A stretch of 64,000 nucleotides of DNA from Bacteroidota bacterium (GCA_037133915.1 JBAXND010000017.1:1345-65344), one strand, 5' to 3'; shown: positions 11,543 through 23,216, counted from the stretch's first letter. Program-made: numbers and translations. Notes: generated by a model not told the origin, from the letters alone.

Positions 11543-12271
11543 ATGGGACAGAAAACAAATCCAATAGGCCTGAGATTAGGAATTATCAAAGGATGGGATT
11601 CTAACTGGTTCGGCGGTAAAAAGTTCGAAAACAAACTGATTGAAGATAACCAGATCAGGAAATATCTGAATGCACGTCTGTCAAAAGCCGGCATCGCAAA
11701 GATAATCATCGAACGTACGCTTAAACTGATTACCGTAACCATAAATACTGCCCGCCCGGGTATCATAATTGGTAAAGGCGGCCAGGAAGTTGACAAGCTG
11801 AAAGAAGAATTGAAAAAAATCACCAGCAAGGAGATTCAGATCAATATTTCAGAAATCAAACGTCCTGAACTCGACGCATTACTGGTTGCAATGGCCGTAG
11901 CAAAACAGATTGAAGGCAGAATTGCATACCGCAGGGCTATTAAAACATCCATCGCATCTACCATGAGAATGGGTGCCGAAGGAATCAAAATACAGGCATC
12001 CGGTCGTATTGGTGGCGCCGAAATGGCACGCTGCGAGCACTACAAAGATGGCCGTATTCCTTTGCACACACTGCGTGCTGACATTGATTACGCTCTGGCA
12101 GAGGCAAAGACCACTTACGGACTCATTGGTGTTAAAGTTTGGATTTGTAAAGGGCTTGTTTACGGAAAAACCGAATTGGTACCCTCATCTGTTGGCATAA
12201 AAGTGAAACAGGAAGGTGGCAACAACAATGCTCCCAAAGACAACGGACGTCCCAGAAGGAGAAGAAAATAA
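11543..12271 (+). CDS. rpsC: 30S ribosomal protein S3
   Basis: 242 aa with [14 protein letters not shown] and a basic C-terminal tail. Confidence 0.98.
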   Translation: MGQKTNPIGLRLGIIKGWDSNWFGGKKFENKLIEDNQIRKYLNARLSKAGIAKIIIERTLKLITVTINTARPGIIIGKGGQEVDKLKEELKKITSKEIQINISEIKRPELDALLVAMAVAKQIEGRIAYRRAIKTSIASTMRMGAEGIKIQASGRIGGAEMARCEHYKDGRIPLHTLRADIDYALAEAKTTYGLIGVKVWICKGLVYGKTELVPSSVGIKVKQEGGNNNAPKDNGRPRRRRK

Positions 12272-12317
12272 TCGTAACGCAACGACTTGAAGATTAACAG
12301 CTTAATATAATACAGTA

Positions 12318-12740
12318 ATGTTACAGCCGAAGAAGACGAAATTTAGGAAGATGCAGAAACAAAAGATGAAAGGCAATGCCAAAAGAGGCAGCCAGATCGC
12401 TTTTGGATCTTTCGCAATCAAAACAATGGACGAAGCCTGGATCACCGCTCGGCAGTTAGAAGCAGCCCGTCAGGCCATCACACGTTACATGAAACGTGAA
12501 GGTCAGTTGTGGATCAGGATATTCCCCGACAAACCGGTAACCAAAAAACCCGCCGAAGTTCGTATGGGTAAAGGAAAAGGAGCCGTGGAATATTATGTAG
12601 CCCGCGTAACACCCGGTCGCATCATGTTCGAAATAGATGGCGTATCCTCGGCCATAGCCAAGGAAGCTCTCCGTTTGGGCGCCCAGAAAATGTCAGTAAA
12701 AACAAAAATGGTAGTCAGAAGAGACTACATAGAAGAATAA
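12318..12740 (+). CDS. rplP: 50S ribosomal protein L16
   Basis: 140 aa with [11 protein letters not shown] and VRMGKGKG. Confidence 0.98.
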   Translation: MLQPKKTKFRKMQKQKMKGNAKRGSQIAFGSFAIKTMDEAWITARQLEAARQAITRYMKREGQLWIRIFPDKPVTKKPAEVRMGKGKGAVEYYVARVTPGRIMFEIDGVSSAIAKEALRLGAQKMSVKTKMVVRRDYIEE

Positions 12741-12754
12741 AACATCTTAAACCA

Positions 12755-12997
12755 ATGAAGAAACACGAAGTAATCATTGAGCTTTCGACACCGGAACTGC
12801 TTGAAAGGCTTGACGCAGAGAAGAAACAGCTGCTTAAGCTTAGAATGAACCACGCAGTGTCGCCGCTTGAAAATCCGATGAAACTGAAGGATTATAAGAA
12901 GACCATCGCTCGCATGAACACCGAATTGAGGCGCAGGGTAATAAACAGCGAGGCTTTGACCGAAACTTCAAAAACCGGAACGAAAACCCAAAAGTAA
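12755..12997 (+). CDS. rpmC: 50S ribosomal protein L29
   Basis: 80 aa, placed between rplP and rpsQ. It has a helical L29-like sequence with a C-terminal extension. Confidence 0.9.
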   Translation: MKKHEVIIELSTPELLERLDAEKKQLLKLRMNHAVSPLENPMKLKDYKKTIARMNTELRRRVINSEALTETSKTGTKTQK

Positions 12998-13008
12998 TCA
13001 TCATAGCA

Positions 13009-13266
13009 ATGGAAGAAAGAAATTTCAGAAAAGAGAAAATCGGGGTTGTTAAAAGCAACAAGATGCAAAACAGCATCGTAGTGAACGTGGTACGGAAGGT
13101 AAAACACCCTAAGTACGGTAAATTCGTCAAGAAAACCAGCACATTCATGGCAGATGACGCGAAAAACGAATGCAGCATCGGAGATACCGTGCGCATATCA
13201 GAAACCCGCCCCCTGAGCAAGAATAAATGTTGGAGATTGGTTGAAATCATTGAAAAGGTCAAATAA
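13009..13266 (+). CDS. rpsQ: 30S ribosomal protein S17
   Basis: 85 aa with [14 protein letters not shown] and [14 protein letters not shown]. Confidence 0.96.
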   Translation: MEERNFRKEKIGVVKSNKMQNSIVVNVVRKVKHPKYGKFVKKTSTFMADDAKNECSIGDTVRISETRPLSKNKCWRLVEIIEKVK

Positions 13267-13268
13267 TT

Positions 13269-13637
13269 ATGATACAGCAAGAATCACGTTTGATAGTGGC
13301 CGACAACAGCGGTGCCAAAGAAGTACTTTGCATTCGCGTGTTGGGCGGGACCAGAAAAAAATACGCTTCACTGGGCGATAAAATTATTGTCACAGTAAAA
13401 AGCGCTATTCCTTCAGGTGGCATCAAAAAGGGAACAGTTTCCAAAGCCATCGTTGTGCGGACCAAGAAAGAAGTAAGAAGGGCCGATGGCTCTTACATCC
13501 GCTTCGACGATAACGCAGTGGTTCTGCTAAACCCTGCCGAAGAACTCAGGGGAACCCGTATCTTTGGACCCGTTGCCCGCGAACTGAGGGAAAAACAATT
13601 TATGAAAATCATTTCACTGGCACCCGAAGTGCTTTAA
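13269..13637 (+). CDS. rplN: 50S ribosomal protein L14
   Basis: 122 aa with [18 protein letters not shown]. Confidence 0.98.
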   Translation: MIQQESRLIVADNSGAKEVLCIRVLGGTRKKYASLGDKIIVTVKSAIPSGGIKKGTVSKAIVVRTKKEVRRADGSYIRFDDNAVVLLNPAEELRGTRIFGPVARELREKQFMKIISLAPEVL

Positions 13638-13652
13638 TAAACACTTTTTAAT

Positions 13653-13982
13653 ATGTCACCCAAGATCAAAATAAAAAAAGGAGACCTCGTGACTGTAATT
13701 GCGGGCGACTCTAAAGGCCAGACGGGAAAAGTCCTGAAAGTGCAGATCGAAAAAAATAAGGCCATCGTGGAAGGTGTTAATCTGATGACCAAGCATACCA
13801 AACCCAATGCGCAAAACTCAAAGGGCGGTATCCTGAAAAAAGAAGCAGCCATCCATATTTCAAACCTTATGATCAACGACTCATCGGGCAAACCCACCAG
13901 AGCCGGCAGAAAAACGGATGAGAAATCCGGGAAACTGGTAAGATATTCAAAGAATTCAGAAAAGATGGAGGTGCTTAAATAA
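13653..13982 (+). CDS. rplX: 50S ribosomal protein L24
   Basis: 109 aa with a KOW-like [21 protein letters not shown]. Confidence 0.96.
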   Translation: MSPKIKIKKGDLVTVIAGDSKGQTGKVLKVQIEKNKAIVEGVNLMTKHTKPNAQNSKGGILKKEAAIHISNLMINDSSGKPTRAGRKTDEKSGKLVRYSKNSEKMEVLK

Positions 13983-14536
13983 TGAATACCAACGACAGAC
14001 TCAAGATAAAGTATTATGAGGAAATTGTTCCGGCACTGACCAAACAGTTTCAGTATAAGAACAATATGCAGGTTCCCCGCCTCCTTAAAATTTGTGTGAA
14101 TCAGGGACTCGGACATGCAATAGCCGACAAAAAATTGGTTGAGACAGGCGCTGAAGAAATGTCGAATATCACCGGACAAAGAGCCGTTCAGACTCGCTCA
14201 CGGAAAGATATCTCCAACTTCAAACTCAGAAAAGGAATGCCTATCGGTGTAAGGGTTACCCTCAGGGGAATCATTATGTACGAATTCCTTGACAGGCTTA
14301 TCTCAGTTGCCATCCCTCGTATCCGCGACTTTCGCGGTATCAACGACAAGGGTTTTGACGGCCGCGGTAATTATACATTCGGCATCACCGAGCAGATTAT
14401 ATTTCCTGAAATCAATATTGACAAAATCAATAAAATCAATGGTCTTGATGTTACGTTTGTAACCTCAGCCAAAACAGATCAGGAAGCATTTGCACTATTG
14501 AAAGAATTTGGAATCCCATTTAAAAACCAGAAATAA
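13982..14536 (+). CDS. rplE: 50S ribosomal protein L5
   Basis: 184 aa with [14 protein letters not shown] and [19 protein letters not shown]. Its start overlaps the rplX stop by 1 nt. Confidence 0.97.
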   Translation: MNTNDRLKIKYYEEIVPALTKQFQYKNNMQVPRLLKICVNQGLGHAIADKKLVETGAEEMSNITGQRAVQTRSRKDISNFKLRKGMPIGVRVTLRGIIMYEFLDRLISVAIPRIRDFRGINDKGFDGRGNYTFGITEQIIFPEINIDKINKINGLDVTFVTSAKTDQEAFALLKEFGIPFKNQK

Positions 14537-14539
14537 GTC

Positions 14540-14809
14540 ATGGCTAAAGAATCAGTCAAAGCTAGAGAAGTAAAAAGGCAGATATTGGTTGAAAGAGGCA
14601 AAGAAAAAAGACTTGCCCTGAAAGCTGCCGGTGATTACATCGCAATGCAAAAACTCCCGAAAAACGCATCACCCGTTCGCTTGCACAATCGTTGCAAACT
14701 TACCGGAAGACCCAAAGGCTACATGCGCCAATTCGGAATTTCCCGTATCAACTTCAGGGAAATGGCATTGGCCGGTCTGATACCGGGTGTAAGAAAAGCT
14801 AGTTGGTAG
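14540..14809 (+). CDS. rpsN: 30S ribosomal protein S14
   Basis: 89 aa with [23 protein letters not shown], in spc operon order. Confidence 0.96.
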   Translation: MAKESVKAREVKRQILVERGKEKRLALKAAGDYIAMQKLPKNASPVRLHNRCKLTGRPKGYMRQFGISRINFREMALAGLIPGVRKASW

Positions 14810-14845
14810 AGATATTGTTTATTAATAATTTATAGGATTAGACAC

Positions 14846-15244
14846 ATGAATACCGATCCAATTGCAGATTATCTGACCAGAATCAGAAACGCGGTTATGG
14901 CAAATCACAGAATGGTTGAAATTCCTGCTTCAAATGTTAAAAAGGAAATGACCAAAATACTGTTCGAAAAAGGCTATATCCTGAACTACAAATTTGAGGA
15001 TATGCCGAAACCGGGAAATATCAAGATCGCTCTGAAGTATCATCCGGCATCGAAAACATCGGCCATCAGCACCATTCAAAGGATCAGTACGCCAGGTCTG
15101 CGTAAATACGTAGCCGCCGACGAACTGCCCCGCGTGTTGAACGGTCTTGGCATTGCCATCATATCCACATCACAAGGTCTGATGACCGATAAAGAAGCCC
15201 GCAAACTTAAAGTTGGTGGCGAAGTAATTTGTTACGTAAGTTAA
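14846..15244 (+). CDS. rpsH: 30S ribosomal protein S8
   Basis: 132 aa with [13 protein letters not shown]. Confidence 0.97.
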   Translation: MNTDPIADYLTRIRNAVMANHRMVEIPASNVKKEMTKILFEKGYILNYKFEDMPKPGNIKIALKYHPASKTSAISTIQRISTPGLRKYVAADELPRVLNGLGIAIISTSQGLMTDKEARKLKVGGEVICYVS

Positions 15245-15259
15245 AAAGGAGATTGCAGT

Positions 15260-15817
15260 ATGTCACGTATAGGTAAATTACCAATAGACTTGCCGGGCGA
15301 CGTTAAAGTTACCGTTTCAGCAGACAATGTGGTTACGGTAAAAGGTCCCAAAGGACAGCTTACTCAGGAAGTCGATAAACTGATTACCGTTGAGGTAGGT
15401 GCAGATAAAGTTATTGTATCACGCGCAAACGATGAACGCGAAGCCCGCTCAAGACACGGCTTGTATCGCTCACTCATTGCCAATATGATTACAGGCGTGA
15501 AAACAGGCTTTCGCACCGAGCAGGAACTCATAGGTGTTGGTTATAAAGCAGAAGCCAAAGGGCAATTGCTCGAAATGGCGTTGGGCTATTCGCACAACCT
15601 TATTTTCGAGTTGGCTCCCGAAATTCAGGCACAAACCATTAACGAAAGGGGTAAGCCTCCCACGATTATCCTCGAATCAATTGACAAACAATTGCTCGGA
15701 CAGGTGGCTCACAAAATCCGTTCGTACCGTAAACCTGAACCTTACAAGGGAAAAGGTATCCGCTTCAAAGGCGAGATTCTCAGGAAAAAAGCCGGTAAAT
15801 CAGCAGTACAGAAATAA
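15260..15817 (+). CDS. rplF: 50S ribosomal protein L6
   Basis: 185 aa with MSRIGKLPI and KGKGIRFKGE. Confidence 0.97.
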   Translation: MSRIGKLPIDLPGDVKVTVSADNVVTVKGPKGQLTQEVDKLITVEVGADKVIVSRANDEREARSRHGLYRSLIANMITGVKTGFRTEQELIGVGYKAEAKGQLLEMALGYSHNLIFELAPEIQAQTINERGKPPTIILESIDKQLLGQVAHKIRSYRKPEPYKGKGIRFKGEILRKKAGKSAVQK

Positions 15818-15845
15818 TTAATAATATTATAAATCTTCACACAGA

Positions 15846-16208
15846 ATGGCTATCAAGAGTTCTAAAGAATACAGAAGGTTCAGGATCAGGAAAAGGATCC
15901 GGAAGGTAGTGAAGGGCACCGCCGAAAGGCCGAGAATGTCAGTCTTCAGAAGCAATAAAAGCATTTATGTTCAGCTTATTGACGACCTGAAAGGCGTTAC
16001 TCTGGCAGCAGCATCTTCAACGGCTCCCGAAGTCACTTCCGAAAAAGCAACAAAAACCGAACAGGCTAAGAAAGTTGGAAAGCTTATAGCTCAGAAAGCA
16101 ATCGAAGCAGGTATAACAAACGTTGTCTTTGACAGGAACGGGTACTTGTATCACGGTAGAGTTAAATCATTAGCAGATTCAGCCAGAGAAGCTGGCTTAA
16201 AAATATAA
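15846..16208 (+). CDS. rplR: 50S ribosomal protein L18
   Basis: 120 aa with [20 protein letters not shown] and [13 protein letters not shown]. Confidence 0.97.
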   Translation: MAIKSSKEYRRFRIRKRIRKVVKGTAERPRMSVFRSNKSIYVQLIDDLKGVTLAAASSTAPEVTSEKATKTEQAKKVGKLIAQKAIEAGITNVVFDRNGYLYHGRVKSLADSAREAGLKI

Positions 16209-16214
16209 TAAATT

Positions 16215-16733
16215 ATGCCGAACGTAAACATCAAAAGAGTTAAGTCAAGCGAAATCGAGTTCAAGGACCGGCTTGTAAGCATTCAAAGGGTTACCAAGGT
16301 TACCAAGGGCGGTCGTACCTTCAGTTTTTCAGCCATTGTGGTTGTAGGAAATGAAAATGGCGTTGTTGGTTATGGCCTGGGTAAAGCAAAAGAAGTAACG
16401 GCAGCTATCGCCAAAGGTATTGACGATGCTAAGAAAAATCTGGTAAAAGTTCCCGTTTTCAATGCTACCGTTCCTCACGAAATGCTCGGTAAATTCAGCG
16501 GTGCTCTCGTATTCCTTAAACCTGCTGCTCCCGGTACCGGTGTTATTGCCGGCGGTGCCATGCGCGCCGTGCTTGAAAGCGTTGGTGTAAAGAACGTGCT
16601 TGCCAAATCAAAAGGATCATCGAACCCGCACTCTGTGGTAAAAGCTACCATGAATGCACTGATGAAAATGAAAGATCCTTATACGGTGGCTATGTTGAGA
16701 AACATCCCCATGAGCAAAGTATTTAACGGATAA
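16215..16733 (+). CDS. rpsE: 30S ribosomal protein S5
   Basis: 172 aa with [22 protein letters not shown]. Confidence 0.97.
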   Translation: MPNVNIKRVKSSEIEFKDRLVSIQRVTKVTKGGRTFSFSAIVVVGNENGVVGYGLGKAKEVTAAIAKGIDDAKKNLVKVPVFNATVPHEMLGKFSGALVFLKPAAPGTGVIAGGAMRAVLESVGVKNVLAKSKGSSNPHSVVKATMNALMKMKDPYTVAMLRNIPMSKVFNG

Positions 16734-16764
16734 TCCGATTTTATTCTTAAAACAGCGTCTTGAA

Positions 16765-16944
16765 ATGAAGAAGATAAGAATCACACAGATAAAAAGCGGC
16801 ATTGGACACCCCGAACGCCAGAAAGCGACCCTGAAGGCTCTCGGAATCAGAAGAATGCACCACACGGTTGAGCACGAAGCCACCGAACAGATTGTGGGTA
16901 TGGTAAGAAAAGTAAGGCACCTGGTGACCGTAGTAGAATTATAA
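16765..16944 (+). CDS. rpmD: 50S ribosomal protein L30
   Basis: Not in the ORF track (59 aa). Hand translation gives MKKIRITQIKSGIGHPERQKATLKALGIRRMHHTVEHEATEQIVGMVRKVRHLVTVVEL with TAA at 16942-16944. It sits at the expected position between rpsE and rplO. Confidence 0.92.
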   Translation: MKKIRITQIKSGIGHPERQKATLKALGIRRMHHTVEHEATEQIVGMVRKVRHLVTVVEL

Positions 16945-16971
16945 TATTGAACATTTTAATCAATAAAAGAG

Positions 16972-17421
16972 ATGGATTTAAGTAATCTGAAACCCGCTGA
17001 CGGTTCAACAAAAAAACGCAAACGTATTGGTCGGGGACAAGGCTCAGGCAGAGGCGGTACTTCTACAAGAGGTAACAATGGCGCTCAGTCACGTTCCGGC
17101 TATTCACGCAAACTCGCTTTTGAAGGTGGTCAGATGGCCCTCATACGCAGGTTGCCGAAATTCGGGTTTAAAAATATCAATAGGGTAGAGTATCATGGTA
17201 TCAACCTTGATCGCTTACAAACACTTGCCGAAGAGAAAAATCTTACGACAATTACTGTTGAAGTCCTTGTTGAGAATGGCCTTGCAGCCAAAAAAGACCT
17301 GGTAAAAATTCTCGGACGAGGCGAACTCAAGATTAAACTTGATGTTACAGCCCATGCATTTTCGGCTACAGCAACAAAAGCAATTGAAGCAATTGGTGGA
17401 ACCGCAACAAAAATTGGATAA
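16972..17421 (+). CDS. rplO: 50S ribosomal protein L15
   Basis: 149 aa with RIGRGQGSGRGGTSTRG. Confidence 0.97.
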   Translation: MDLSNLKPADGSTKKRKRIGRGQGSGRGGTSTRGNNGAQSRSGYSRKLAFEGGQMALIRRLPKFGFKNINRVEYHGINLDRLQTLAEEKNLTTITVEVLVENGLAAKKDLVKILGRGELKIKLDVTAHAFSATATKAIEAIGGTATKIG

Positions 17422-18779
17422 TGAAAAGATTTTTTCAGACAGTTCGCAACATTTATAAGATCGATGATCTCAGGAAGAGAATTCTCTATACTTTGGGAAT
17501 CATTCTTATATACAGGCTCGGATCCTATATCGTCCTTCCTGGTGTTGACCCCCATTATCTGGACGCCCTCCATAAACAATCATCAGATGGTCTGCTTGGC
17601 CTTCTGAATATGTTTTCCGGCGGCGCCTTCTCCAATGCGTCTATTTTCGCACTTGGAATCATGCCGTACATCTCGGCTTCAATCGTTGTACAGCTGCTCG
17701 GAATGGCAATACCCTATTTCCAGCGCTTACAGAAAGAAGGCGAAAGTGGACGCAAAAAAATCAACCAGATTACTCGCTACTTGACAGTATTTATTACTGC
17801 AGCGCAAGCGCCTGGTTATGTTGCCAATCTTGTCAGCAAACTCCCCAATCAAGCGATTACGCCATTCAATCCGGAAGCTGCACCAACAACCTTCTTCTGG
17901 ATTTCATCGGTTGTAATACTTGTTGCCGGTACCATGTTTGTGATGTGGCTCGGCGAAAAAATTACCGATAAAGGAATTGGTAACGGTATCTCCATGATTA
18001 TTATGATTGGTATCATTGCCCGTCTGCCTTTCGCTTTAGTGGGTGAATTTGTTTCACGTATGGAAGAGCAGGGCGGAGGTCTGGTAGTATTCATCGTTGA
18101 ACTTGTGGTGCTGGTACTTGTAATACTTTTGTGTATCTTGCTTGTTCAGGGAACCCGGCGAATTCCGGTACAATACGCCAAAAGAATCGTTGGCAACAAA
18201 CAGTACGGTGGTGTACGTCAGTATATTCCTCTTAAAGTGAATGCTGCCGGCGTTATGCCTATCATTTTTGCTCAGGCTATCATGTTTCTGCCACTTACCA
18301 TTGTAAGCTATGCAAACATTGAGGCACTGTCGGGCATTGCACGTACATTTACCGATTTCAACGGATTCTGGTATAATTTCACTTTTGGTGTCTTTATCGT
18401 ATTATTTACGTATTTTTATACCGCCATTACGGTGAACCCGAATCAGATGGCAGATGATATGAAGAAAAACGGTGGCTTTATTCCCGGAATTAAACCCGGT
18501 AAAAAAACTGCTGAGTTTATAGATAATGTAATGTCGAAGATAACCCTGCCGGGCTCTATGTTTCTGGCAGTGGTAGCTATCATGCCTGCTTTAGTAAGGC
18601 TGATGGGTGTAAACTCACAGTTTGCACAGTTCTACGGCGGCACATCATTACTTATTTTGGTAGGCGTTGTATTGGATACATTGCAACAAATAGAAAGTCA
18701 CCTGCTGATGCGTCATTATGACGGGCTTACAAAATCAGGCAGGATAAAAGGACGCTCTACGGTTGGAATGACCGGTTGA
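17421..18779 (+). CDS. secY: Preprotein translocase subunit SecY
   Basis: 452-aa polytopic membrane protein with LGIMPYISASIVVQLL. It is at the end of the spc operon, with a TAATG overlap with rplO. Confidence 0.97.
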   Translation: MKRFFQTVRNIYKIDDLRKRILYTLGIILIYRLGSYIVLPGVDPHYLDALHKQSSDGLLGLLNMFSGGAFSNASIFALGIMPYISASIVVQLLGMAIPYFQRLQKEGESGRKKINQITRYLTVFITAAQAPGYVANLVSKLPNQAITPFNPEAAPTTFFWISSVVILVAGTMFVMWLGEKITDKGIGNGISMIIMIGIIARLPFALVGEFVSRMEEQGGGLVVFIVELVVLVLVILLCILLVQGTRRIPVQYAKRIVGNKQYGGVRQYIPLKVNAAGVMPIIFAQAIMFLPLTIVSYANIEALSGIARTFTDFNGFWYNFTFGVFIVLFTYFYTAITVNPNQMADDMKKNGGFIPGIKPGKKTAEFIDNVMSKITLPGSMFLAVVAIMPALVRLMGVNSQFAQFYGGTSLLILVGVVLDTLQQIESHLLMRHYDGLTKSGRIKGRSTVGMTG

Positions 18780-18795
18780 TTTTGAAACTGGGAAC

Positions 18796-19587
18796 ATGAT
18801 ACATTACCGTTCAGAAGAAGAAATTGAGTTATTAAGAAGAAGTTCTTTGCTTGTTGGAAAGACCCTGGCCGAAGTTGCGGGCATGCTTAAATCAGGAATT
18901 ACCACTCAGTCAATCGATAAAATTGCTGAAGAATACATTCTGGATAATGGAGCAGTGCCGGGCTTCAAGAATTACAACGGATATCCCGCCACCCTTTGCA
19001 TCTCGGTAAACGAGGAAGTGGTACACGGAATACCGGGCAAAAAAATTCTTAAGGACGGCGATATCGTTTCTGTTGATTGCGGAACGATTATGAATGGTTA
19101 TTACGGTGATTCTGCTTATACTTTTATAATAGGCGAAACCGACGAAGCGCGGATGCAGTTGCTGCGAATAACCAAAGAAAGCCTGTACAAAGGAATTGAA
19201 GCTGCCAAAGCAGGCAATAGGGTGGGTGATATCGGAAATGCCGTTCAAAGCCATGTTGAGCAATACAAATATACTGTTGTGCGCGACCTGGTGGGGCACG
19301 GACTCGGAACAAACCTGCACGAAGAACCGCAGGTGCCTAATTACGGCAAACGAGGCAGCGGTGTGAAACTGGGAGAAGGAATGGTAATCTGCATTGAGCC
19401 GATGATCAACCTCGGAAGAAAAGAAGTAGTGCAGGCGGCAGACGGATGGACCATACGAACAGCAGACAGACAACCATCGGCACATTTTGAACATACCGTG
19501 GCGATAATGAAGGGAAGAACAGAGATATTGTCAACGTTTGAATTGATAGAAAAAGTTAACAACAATAATATTAAAGTAGTTTTTTAA
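18796..19587 (+). CDS. map: Type I methionine aminopeptidase
   Basis: 263 aa with metal ligand context VHGIP...DIVSVD...[10 protein letters not shown]...VGHGLG...CIEPM. It lies downstream of secY. Confidence 0.95.
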   Translation: MIHYRSEEEIELLRRSSLLVGKTLAEVAGMLKSGITTQSIDKIAEEYILDNGAVPGFKNYNGYPATLCISVNEEVVHGIPGKKILKDGDIVSVDCGTIMNGYYGDSAYTFIIGETDEARMQLLRITKESLYKGIEAAKAGNRVGDIGNAVQSHVEQYKYTVVRDLVGHGLGTNLHEEPQVPNYGKRGSGVKLGEGMVICIEPMINLGRKEVVQAADGWTIRTADRQPSAHFEHTVAIMKGRTEILSTFELIEKVNNNNIKVVF

Positions 19588-19597
19588 TAAAGTATTT

Positions 19598-19816
19598 ATG
19601 ACAAAACAAACATCCATTCAACAAGATGGTACCGTACTCGAATCACTGGGTAATGCCATGTTCAGAGTTGAATTGGAAAACGGGCACGTAATTATTGCGC
19701 ACATTTCAGGAAAAATGCGCATGCATTACATCAAGATTTTGCCCGGAGATAAAGTGCGGGTAGAAATATCTCCCTATGATTTAACAAAAGGTAGAATTAC
19801 GTTCAGATATAAATAA
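19598..19816 (+). CDS. infA: Translation initiation factor IF-1
   Basis: 72 aa with [31 protein letters not shown]. Confidence 0.97.
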   Translation: MTKQTSIQQDGTVLESLGNAMFRVELENGHVIIAHISGKMRMHYIKILPGDKVRVEISPYDLTKGRITFRYK

Positions 19817-19825
19817 GAAAGCAAA

Positions 19826-19942
19826 ATGAAAATCAGAGCCAGTATCAAGAAAAGAACCCCGGAAGACAAAATCGTCAGAAGGAAAGGTGTACTCTTTGTG
19901 ATTAACAAGAAAAATCCTAAGTACAAACAAAGGCAGAAATAA
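19826..19942 (+). CDS. rpmJ: 50S ribosomal protein L36 (Cys-less form)
   Basis: Not in the ORF track (38 aa). Hand translation gives [38 protein letters not shown] with TAA at 19940-19942, between infA and rpsM. Confidence 0.92.
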   Translation: MKIRASIKKRTPEDKIVRRKGVLFVINKKNPKYKQRQK

Positions 19943-19969
19943 TTCATTATCAAAATTATATAAGAATAT

Positions 19970-20350
19970 ATGGCACGTATTGCTGGTATAGATTTACCAA
20001 AAAACAAATCCGGGGAAATAGGTTTAACCTATATCTACGGCATTGCCCGCTCATCGGCTCGCAAAATTCTTGCTGAAGCAGGTATCGAACTCGCAAAGAA
20101 AGTCCAGGACTGGACCGATGCCGAGCAGACAGCTGTTCGTAATATCATCAATGAAAAATTCAGGGTAGAAGGTGCCCTGCGTTCTGAAGTTCAGATGAAC
20201 ATCAAACGCCTTATGGATATTGGTTGTTACCGCGGAGTACGTCATCGTTCAGGTTTACCTGTTAGAGGACAAAGCACCAAAAACAACGCCCGTACCCGTA
20301 AAGGAAAAAGAAAAACCGTTGCCAACAAGAAGAAAGCAACCAAGGGTTAA
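19970..20350 (+). CDS. rpsM: 30S ribosomal protein S13
   Basis: 126 aa with [10 protein letters not shown] and [17 protein letters not shown]. Confidence 0.98.
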   Translation: MARIAGIDLPKNKSGEIGLTYIYGIARSSARKILAEAGIELAKKVQDWTDAEQTAVRNIINEKFRVEGALRSEVQMNIKRLMDIGCYRGVRHRSGLPVRGQSTKNNARTRKGKRKTVANKKKATKG

Positions 20351-20392
20351 GATTTATCACGAAATTAATAACATAAGTACAATAATATAATT

Positions 20393-20791
20393 ATGGCAAA
20401 AGCTGCTGCTGCTACCAAAACCACGAAAAAAAGAGTGGTTAAAGTTGATGCGATAGGAAGAGCATACATTGTTGCCTCATTCAATAACATCATCATTACC
20501 CTGACCAACAGTACCGGTCAGGTGGTTTCATGGGCCTCGGCCGGTAAAATGGGATTCCGCGGTTCAAAGAAAAATACACCTTATGCAGGTCAAACTGCCG
20601 CTGCTGAATGTTCAAAAGTGGCCCACGACCAAGGCATGAGAAAAGTGAAAGTATTTGTAAAAGGCCCCGGTTCGGGACGCGAATCAGCAATCAGGTCGAT
20701 CCATAATTCAGGTATCGAAGTTACCGAGATTGTTGACGTTACCCCATTGCCACACAATGGCTGCAGGCCTCCTAAAAGGCGCAGGGTATAA
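20393..20791 (+). CDS. rpsK: 30S ribosomal protein S11
   Basis: 132 aa with [22 protein letters not shown] and [16 protein letters not shown]. Confidence 0.98.
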   Translation: MAKAAAATKTTKKRVVKVDAIGRAYIVASFNNIIITLTNSTGQVVSWASAGKMGFRGSKKNTPYAGQTAAAECSKVAHDQGMRKVKVFVKGPGSGRESAIRSIHNSGIEVTEIVDVTPLPHNGCRPPKRRRV

Positions 20792-20877
20792 TACAACAAT
20801 TGGAGATCCCTGGCATTTTTAAAGAAGCGTCAGGTTAAATGAAATATTTTTAAAGAATAAATAATTTTTCTTTCAGT

Positions 20878-21483
20878 ATGGCAAGATATATTGGTCCAAA
20901 AACAAGAATAGCCCGTAAGTTCAAGGAGCCTATCTACGGCCCCGATAAAAATTTCGAGAAAAGGAATTTTCCCCCGGGACAGCATGGTAATTCCAAAAAA
21001 CGGAAAAAAACTTCTGAGTATGGAATTCAGCTCCAGGAAAAACAGAAAGCCAAATACACTTATGGCATTCTTGAACGTCAGTTTAAAAACACGTTTGAGC
21101 GCGCACAGCGCAAAAAAGGCGTTACCGGCGAAATCCTGCTGCAGCTTATCGAGTCACGTCTGGATAATGTGGTGTACCGCCTTGGTATCGCCCCTACACG
21201 TTCAGCCGCTCGCCAGCTTGTCAGCCATTGCCACATTACCGTTAACGGCAGTGTGTTGAATGTTCCGTCAGCTGCCCTCAAACCGGGCGACGTTGTTGGT
21301 GTCAGGGAAAAATCAAAATCACTCGAAGTTATCGGCGAATCCATCAATCACAGAGGAAATCGCTATAACTGGCTGGAGTGGGACGATGCAACACAAACCG
21401 GAAAATTTGCAAGCTATCCCGAAAGAGATCAGATTCCCGAAAACATCAACGAACAACTGATTGTTGAGTTGTACTCTAAATAA
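20878..21483 (+). CDS. rpsD: 30S ribosomal protein S4
   Basis: 201 aa with [15 protein letters not shown] and [10 protein letters not shown]. Confidence 0.98.
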   Translation: MARYIGPKTRIARKFKEPIYGPDKNFEKRNFPPGQHGNSKKRKKTSEYGIQLQEKQKAKYTYGILERQFKNTFERAQRKKGVTGEILLQLIESRLDNVVYRLGIAPTRSAARQLVSHCHITVNGSVLNVPSAALKPGDVVGVREKSKSLEVIGESINHRGNRYNWLEWDDATQTGKFASYPERDQIPENINEQLIVELYSK

Positions 21484-21527
21484 TAATGAGTAAAAGTTTT
21501 TTTGTTCAAATAAAACAATAAGAATAA

Positions 21528-22520
21528 ATGGCAATATTAGCATTTCAAAAGCCCGATAAGGTTATCATGATCGAATCGGACGAGTTTTTCGGAAAGTTCG
21601 AGTTCCGTCCGCTTGAGCCCGGTTATGGCACAACTGTAGGAAATGCACTCCGCAGGATTTTATTATCATCTTTGGAGGGCTTTGCTATTACAGCCGTGAG
21701 GTTCGAAGGCGTTGACCAGGAATTTTCAACAATGAAAGGAGTGCTGGAAGACGTTCCCGAGATTATTCTCAACCTCAAGAAAGTTTGCTTCAAAAGGCAA
21801 ATCGACACGGTGAGCAGCGAAAAGGTAATCGTGACCATTTCAGGGAAAGAAGTTTTTAAAGCCGGCGATATCAACTCATTCCTTTCGGGATTTCAGGTAC
21901 TCAATCCTGATGTGGTAATCTGCCACATGGAATCCAATGTGAAGTTAGTGGTTGAACTGTCCGTTGACAAAGGCAGAGGCTATGTTCCTGCCGAAGAAAA
22001 TAAAATTTCAAATATGCCCATCGGCACCATTTTCATCGATTCAATCTTCACGCCTATTCAGAACGTGAAGTTTATGATTGAAAATTTCCGCGTTGAGCAG
22101 AAAACCGACTACGAAAAACTGATTCTCGAAGTTACCACCAACGGCTCTATTGAACCCAAAGAAGCACTCAAAGAAGCCGCCAAAATACTCATTCACCACT
22201 TTATGCTGTTCTCAGACGAAAAGATTACCCTTGACACTGAAGAAAAAGCCGTGGCTGAAGAATTTGACGAAAGCTCACTTCACATGAGGCAACTCCTCAA
22301 AACCAAACTGGTTGATATGGACCTCAGCGTTCGGGCACTCAACTGCCTCAAAGCTGCCGACGTTGAAACCCTGGGCGATTTGGTTGCTTTCAACAAAAAT
22401 GACCTTCTTAAATTCAGAAATTTCGGTAAAAAATCTCTCACCGAACTCGAAGAACTGGTGAAAGCCAAAGGACTTCATTTCGGGATGAATGTTGCTAAAT
22501 ATAAATTGGATAAGGATTAA
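21528..22520 (+). CDS. rpoA: DNA-directed RNA polymerase subunit alpha
   Basis: 330 aa with [21 protein letters not shown] and the C-terminal-domain sequence [20 protein letters not shown]. Confidence 0.97.
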   Translation: MAILAFQKPDKVIMIESDEFFGKFEFRPLEPGYGTTVGNALRRILLSSLEGFAITAVRFEGVDQEFSTMKGVLEDVPEIILNLKKVCFKRQIDTVSSEKVIVTISGKEVFKAGDINSFLSGFQVLNPDVVICHMESNVKLVVELSVDKGRGYVPAEENKISNMPIGTIFIDSIFTPIQNVKFMIENFRVEQKTDYEKLILEVTTNGSIEPKEALKEAAKILIHHFMLFSDEKITLDTEEKAVAEEFDESSLHMRQLLKTKLVDMDLSVRALNCLKAADVETLGDLVAFNKNDLLKFRNFGKKSLTELEELVKAKGLHFGMNVAKYKLDKD

Positions 22521-22525
22521 GCGAA

Positions 22526-23122
22526 ATGAGACATAACAGAGTAATTAACCACTTAAGCAGGACAAGTTCACACCGTAAGGCAATGTTTGCCAACATGTGC
22601 AGCTCCCTGATCATGAATAAGAAAATTGAAACAACCCTAGCCAAAGCCAGGGCGCTCAGAACTTATTTAGAACCCATTATCACCAAATCTAAAGACGACT
22701 CAACGCATTCGCGCAGAATCGTGTTCAGCATGCTGGGCGATAAGGAAGCCGTAACAGAGTTATTCCGCGAGATTTCAGTAAAGGTTGCCGACCGTCCGGG
22801 TGGCTATACCCGAATCCTGAAACTGGGAAAACGCAAAGGTGATGCCGCCGAAATGGCACTCATCGAACTGGTTGACTATAATGAGCTCCTGCTCGGAACC
22901 AAAGAAGCCAAAACTGTTAAGGCTACCCGCAGACGTAAACCTGCTGCCAAGAAAACCACCGGTGCAGAACCTAAAGAAAAAGCTGAGCCTAAAGCAAAAG
23001 CTGAACCTAAAGCAAAAGCCAAAGAACCTAAGGAAACAAAAGAGCCTAAGGAAGAAAAACCGGTAAAGAAAACTACCAAAAAAGCACAGCCCAAAGCTGA
23101 AGATTCAGAAGAAACAAAATAA
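22526..23122 (+). CDS. rplQ: 50S ribosomal protein L17 with a Lys/Glu/Pro-rich C-terminal extension
   Basis: 198 aa. The N-terminal ~130 aa are L17 ([20 protein letters not shown]...[10 protein letters not shown]). The tail reads [33 protein letters not shown]. Confidence 0.96.
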   Translation: MRHNRVINHLSRTSSHRKAMFANMCSSLIMNKKIETTLAKARALRTYLEPIITKSKDDSTHSRRIVFSMLGDKEAVTELFREISVKVADRPGGYTRILKLGKRKGDAAEMALIELVDYNELLLGTKEAKTVKATRRRKPAAKKTTGAEPKEKAEPKAKAEPKAKAKEPKETKEPKEEKPVKKTTKKAQPKAEDSEETK

Positions 23123-23150
23123 TTTTTCTTCATAAAGAATTTTTCCCTGA

Positions 23151-23180
23151 AGGATAAAGTACCTGGTGCTTTATCCTTTT
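23151..23180 (+). terminator. Rho-independent terminator after rplQ
   Basis: Perfect 9-bp stem AGGATAAAG / CTTTATCCT with a 9-nt loop, followed by TTTTGGTTT. Confidence 0.7.
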
Positions 23181-23216
23181 GGTTTATCAGAAAAAGAGTA
23201 ATTTTATCCGCATTAA

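Noticed and set aside
12840-14179. Long antisense ORFs inside the ribosomal operon (12840-13280, 13634-14179; also 17193-17579 and 18910-19494)
   Set aside because: They lie opposite highly conserved ribosomal protein, secY and map genes. Their composition is low-complexity or hydrophobic, as is typical of antisense frames, and there is no independent start or promoter evidence.
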